Assembly: GCA_002633005.1 (NCBI GenBank)
Contig: NMRA01000017.1
Coordinates: forward strand, 268,260-332,259
Direction: 5' to 3'
Source of the DNA: Phoronis australis
Lineage: Eukaryota > Animalia > Phoronida
Length of the DNA stretch: 64,000 bases
The first letter of the stretch is position 1; every line of letters starts with the position of its first letter. Made by a program: the position numbers and the translations under genes. This document shows positions 63,013 to 64,000 of the stretch, piece after piece. The notes beneath the pieces are model-generated. The model searched no databases, had not been told where the DNA came from, and saw only the letters and a program-made list of their open reading frames with translations.

Positions 63013-63127
63013 GGTAAGTTGTCACAAGTGAGGCAAGTTGCACTAATTTAAATAGTGTCTACACAGCCTTCAAACCTAGCGACAACCCCTTCCAGGAGTA
63101 ACTTGTTCTAGGGTAAGTCTGTGTGTG
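63013..63127 (+). repeat. Interspersed repeat, homologous to 36262-36377
   Basis: Colinear similarity to 36262-36377. Confidence 0.85.
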
Positions 63128-64000
63128 GACTGGTACTTAAGCTGGATAGTAAGGCAAGCAGGGCATTAACCTAGGCGAACACAATACTGTACATAGTAGT
63201 CATGCAGTCTCAGACCAGCTAACAAATACACTGTTTTACAGGTTTCATGACCTGTCAAAGTTGATTGACATTTGGTCATGATTATTATGCAATCAACCCC
63301 TGGAGACTCATGCACATTTTAATTTCCATTCCCTTGTAAATTTATTAATAAGATTTCAGACAATATAAGCTGTTAGAATTTGGTTTTTGTCCAGAAAATA
63401 CATGTTACACAGAGTTGGTCATAAATTAGCAAAAGTAGACTACAATTTTCTCTCATTTATAATGAACTTCTTGATGGCCTCCTCAGCTTGAATTTGTGAC
63501 ACCTGTGGTACTTTATTGGGGTTTGATTTGACCAGTGTGTTGCTTTGGAACAAAGATCACATTCTCAACTTAAGAAAGTTAAACTTATGAAATGGCTGAT
63601 CTTCATAAAAACTGACAATTTTGTCTTGAAAGAAGAAAATTCTTAAAATGACAGTTCACTGTTGATTGGCTATCAATGTCGAACTCGTAACCGAAGCACT
63701 TTGGGGTTTACAAAATGTTACCACGCTCATCCAATCTTGAATTGTTGTTGAATGAACCGGCATGTCAAGTCACAGGTAATGTGTACATGCACGATTTTCG
63801 AAATCATAATTTTAGAATTCTCCAACTCTAGCAGACTTTGTAGTGTTTTATTGAGTCATTGAAGGTTTCAATCACGGTGTTTTTGCTGGTTGCGGCAATC
63901 AAATTTTATCGAGGAAATGTAATATTGCCAGATAATTTCATACGTTTATATATATCGTTTGTTATTTATCATTGACAAAATGCAAATTTAACTCATACTT

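Noticed and set aside
63001-63019. MMEY + G|GTAAGT phase-1 donor
   Set aside because: The donor-like motif is part of the interspersed repeat also present at 36262-36377.

Overview
AT-rich, repeat-dense eukaryotic (metazoan, probably marine invertebrate) genomic DNA that is mostly intronic. I found no prokaryotic genes, rRNA, tRNA or CRISPR arrays, and most entries in the supplied ORF track look like chance ORFs. The main signal is a spaced series of short + strand coding exons that each start at an ATG and end at a phase-1 GT donor (28599, 41472, 45123, 51573, and possibly 5686). This looks like an array of alternative N-terminal exons of one large gene whose shared body lies beyond the window. 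Two of these exons (41472 and 45123) are ancient paralogues conserved at the protein level, with many synonymous differences. Other features: two candidate bidirectional promoters (~5.5 kb and ~21.8 kb); a 5'-open large ORF/exon with 15-aa repeats at the left edge; a candidate minus-strand exon at 3.9 kb; a Kolobok-like THAP transposon derivative with ~320-bp inverted arms and a TTAA target-site duplication (TSD); a non-autonomous hAT element with an 8-bp TSD; Harbinger, Gypsy and LINE relics; several MITE/fold-back elements; and minisatellites. All gene models were read by eye, and I could not establish gene identities.
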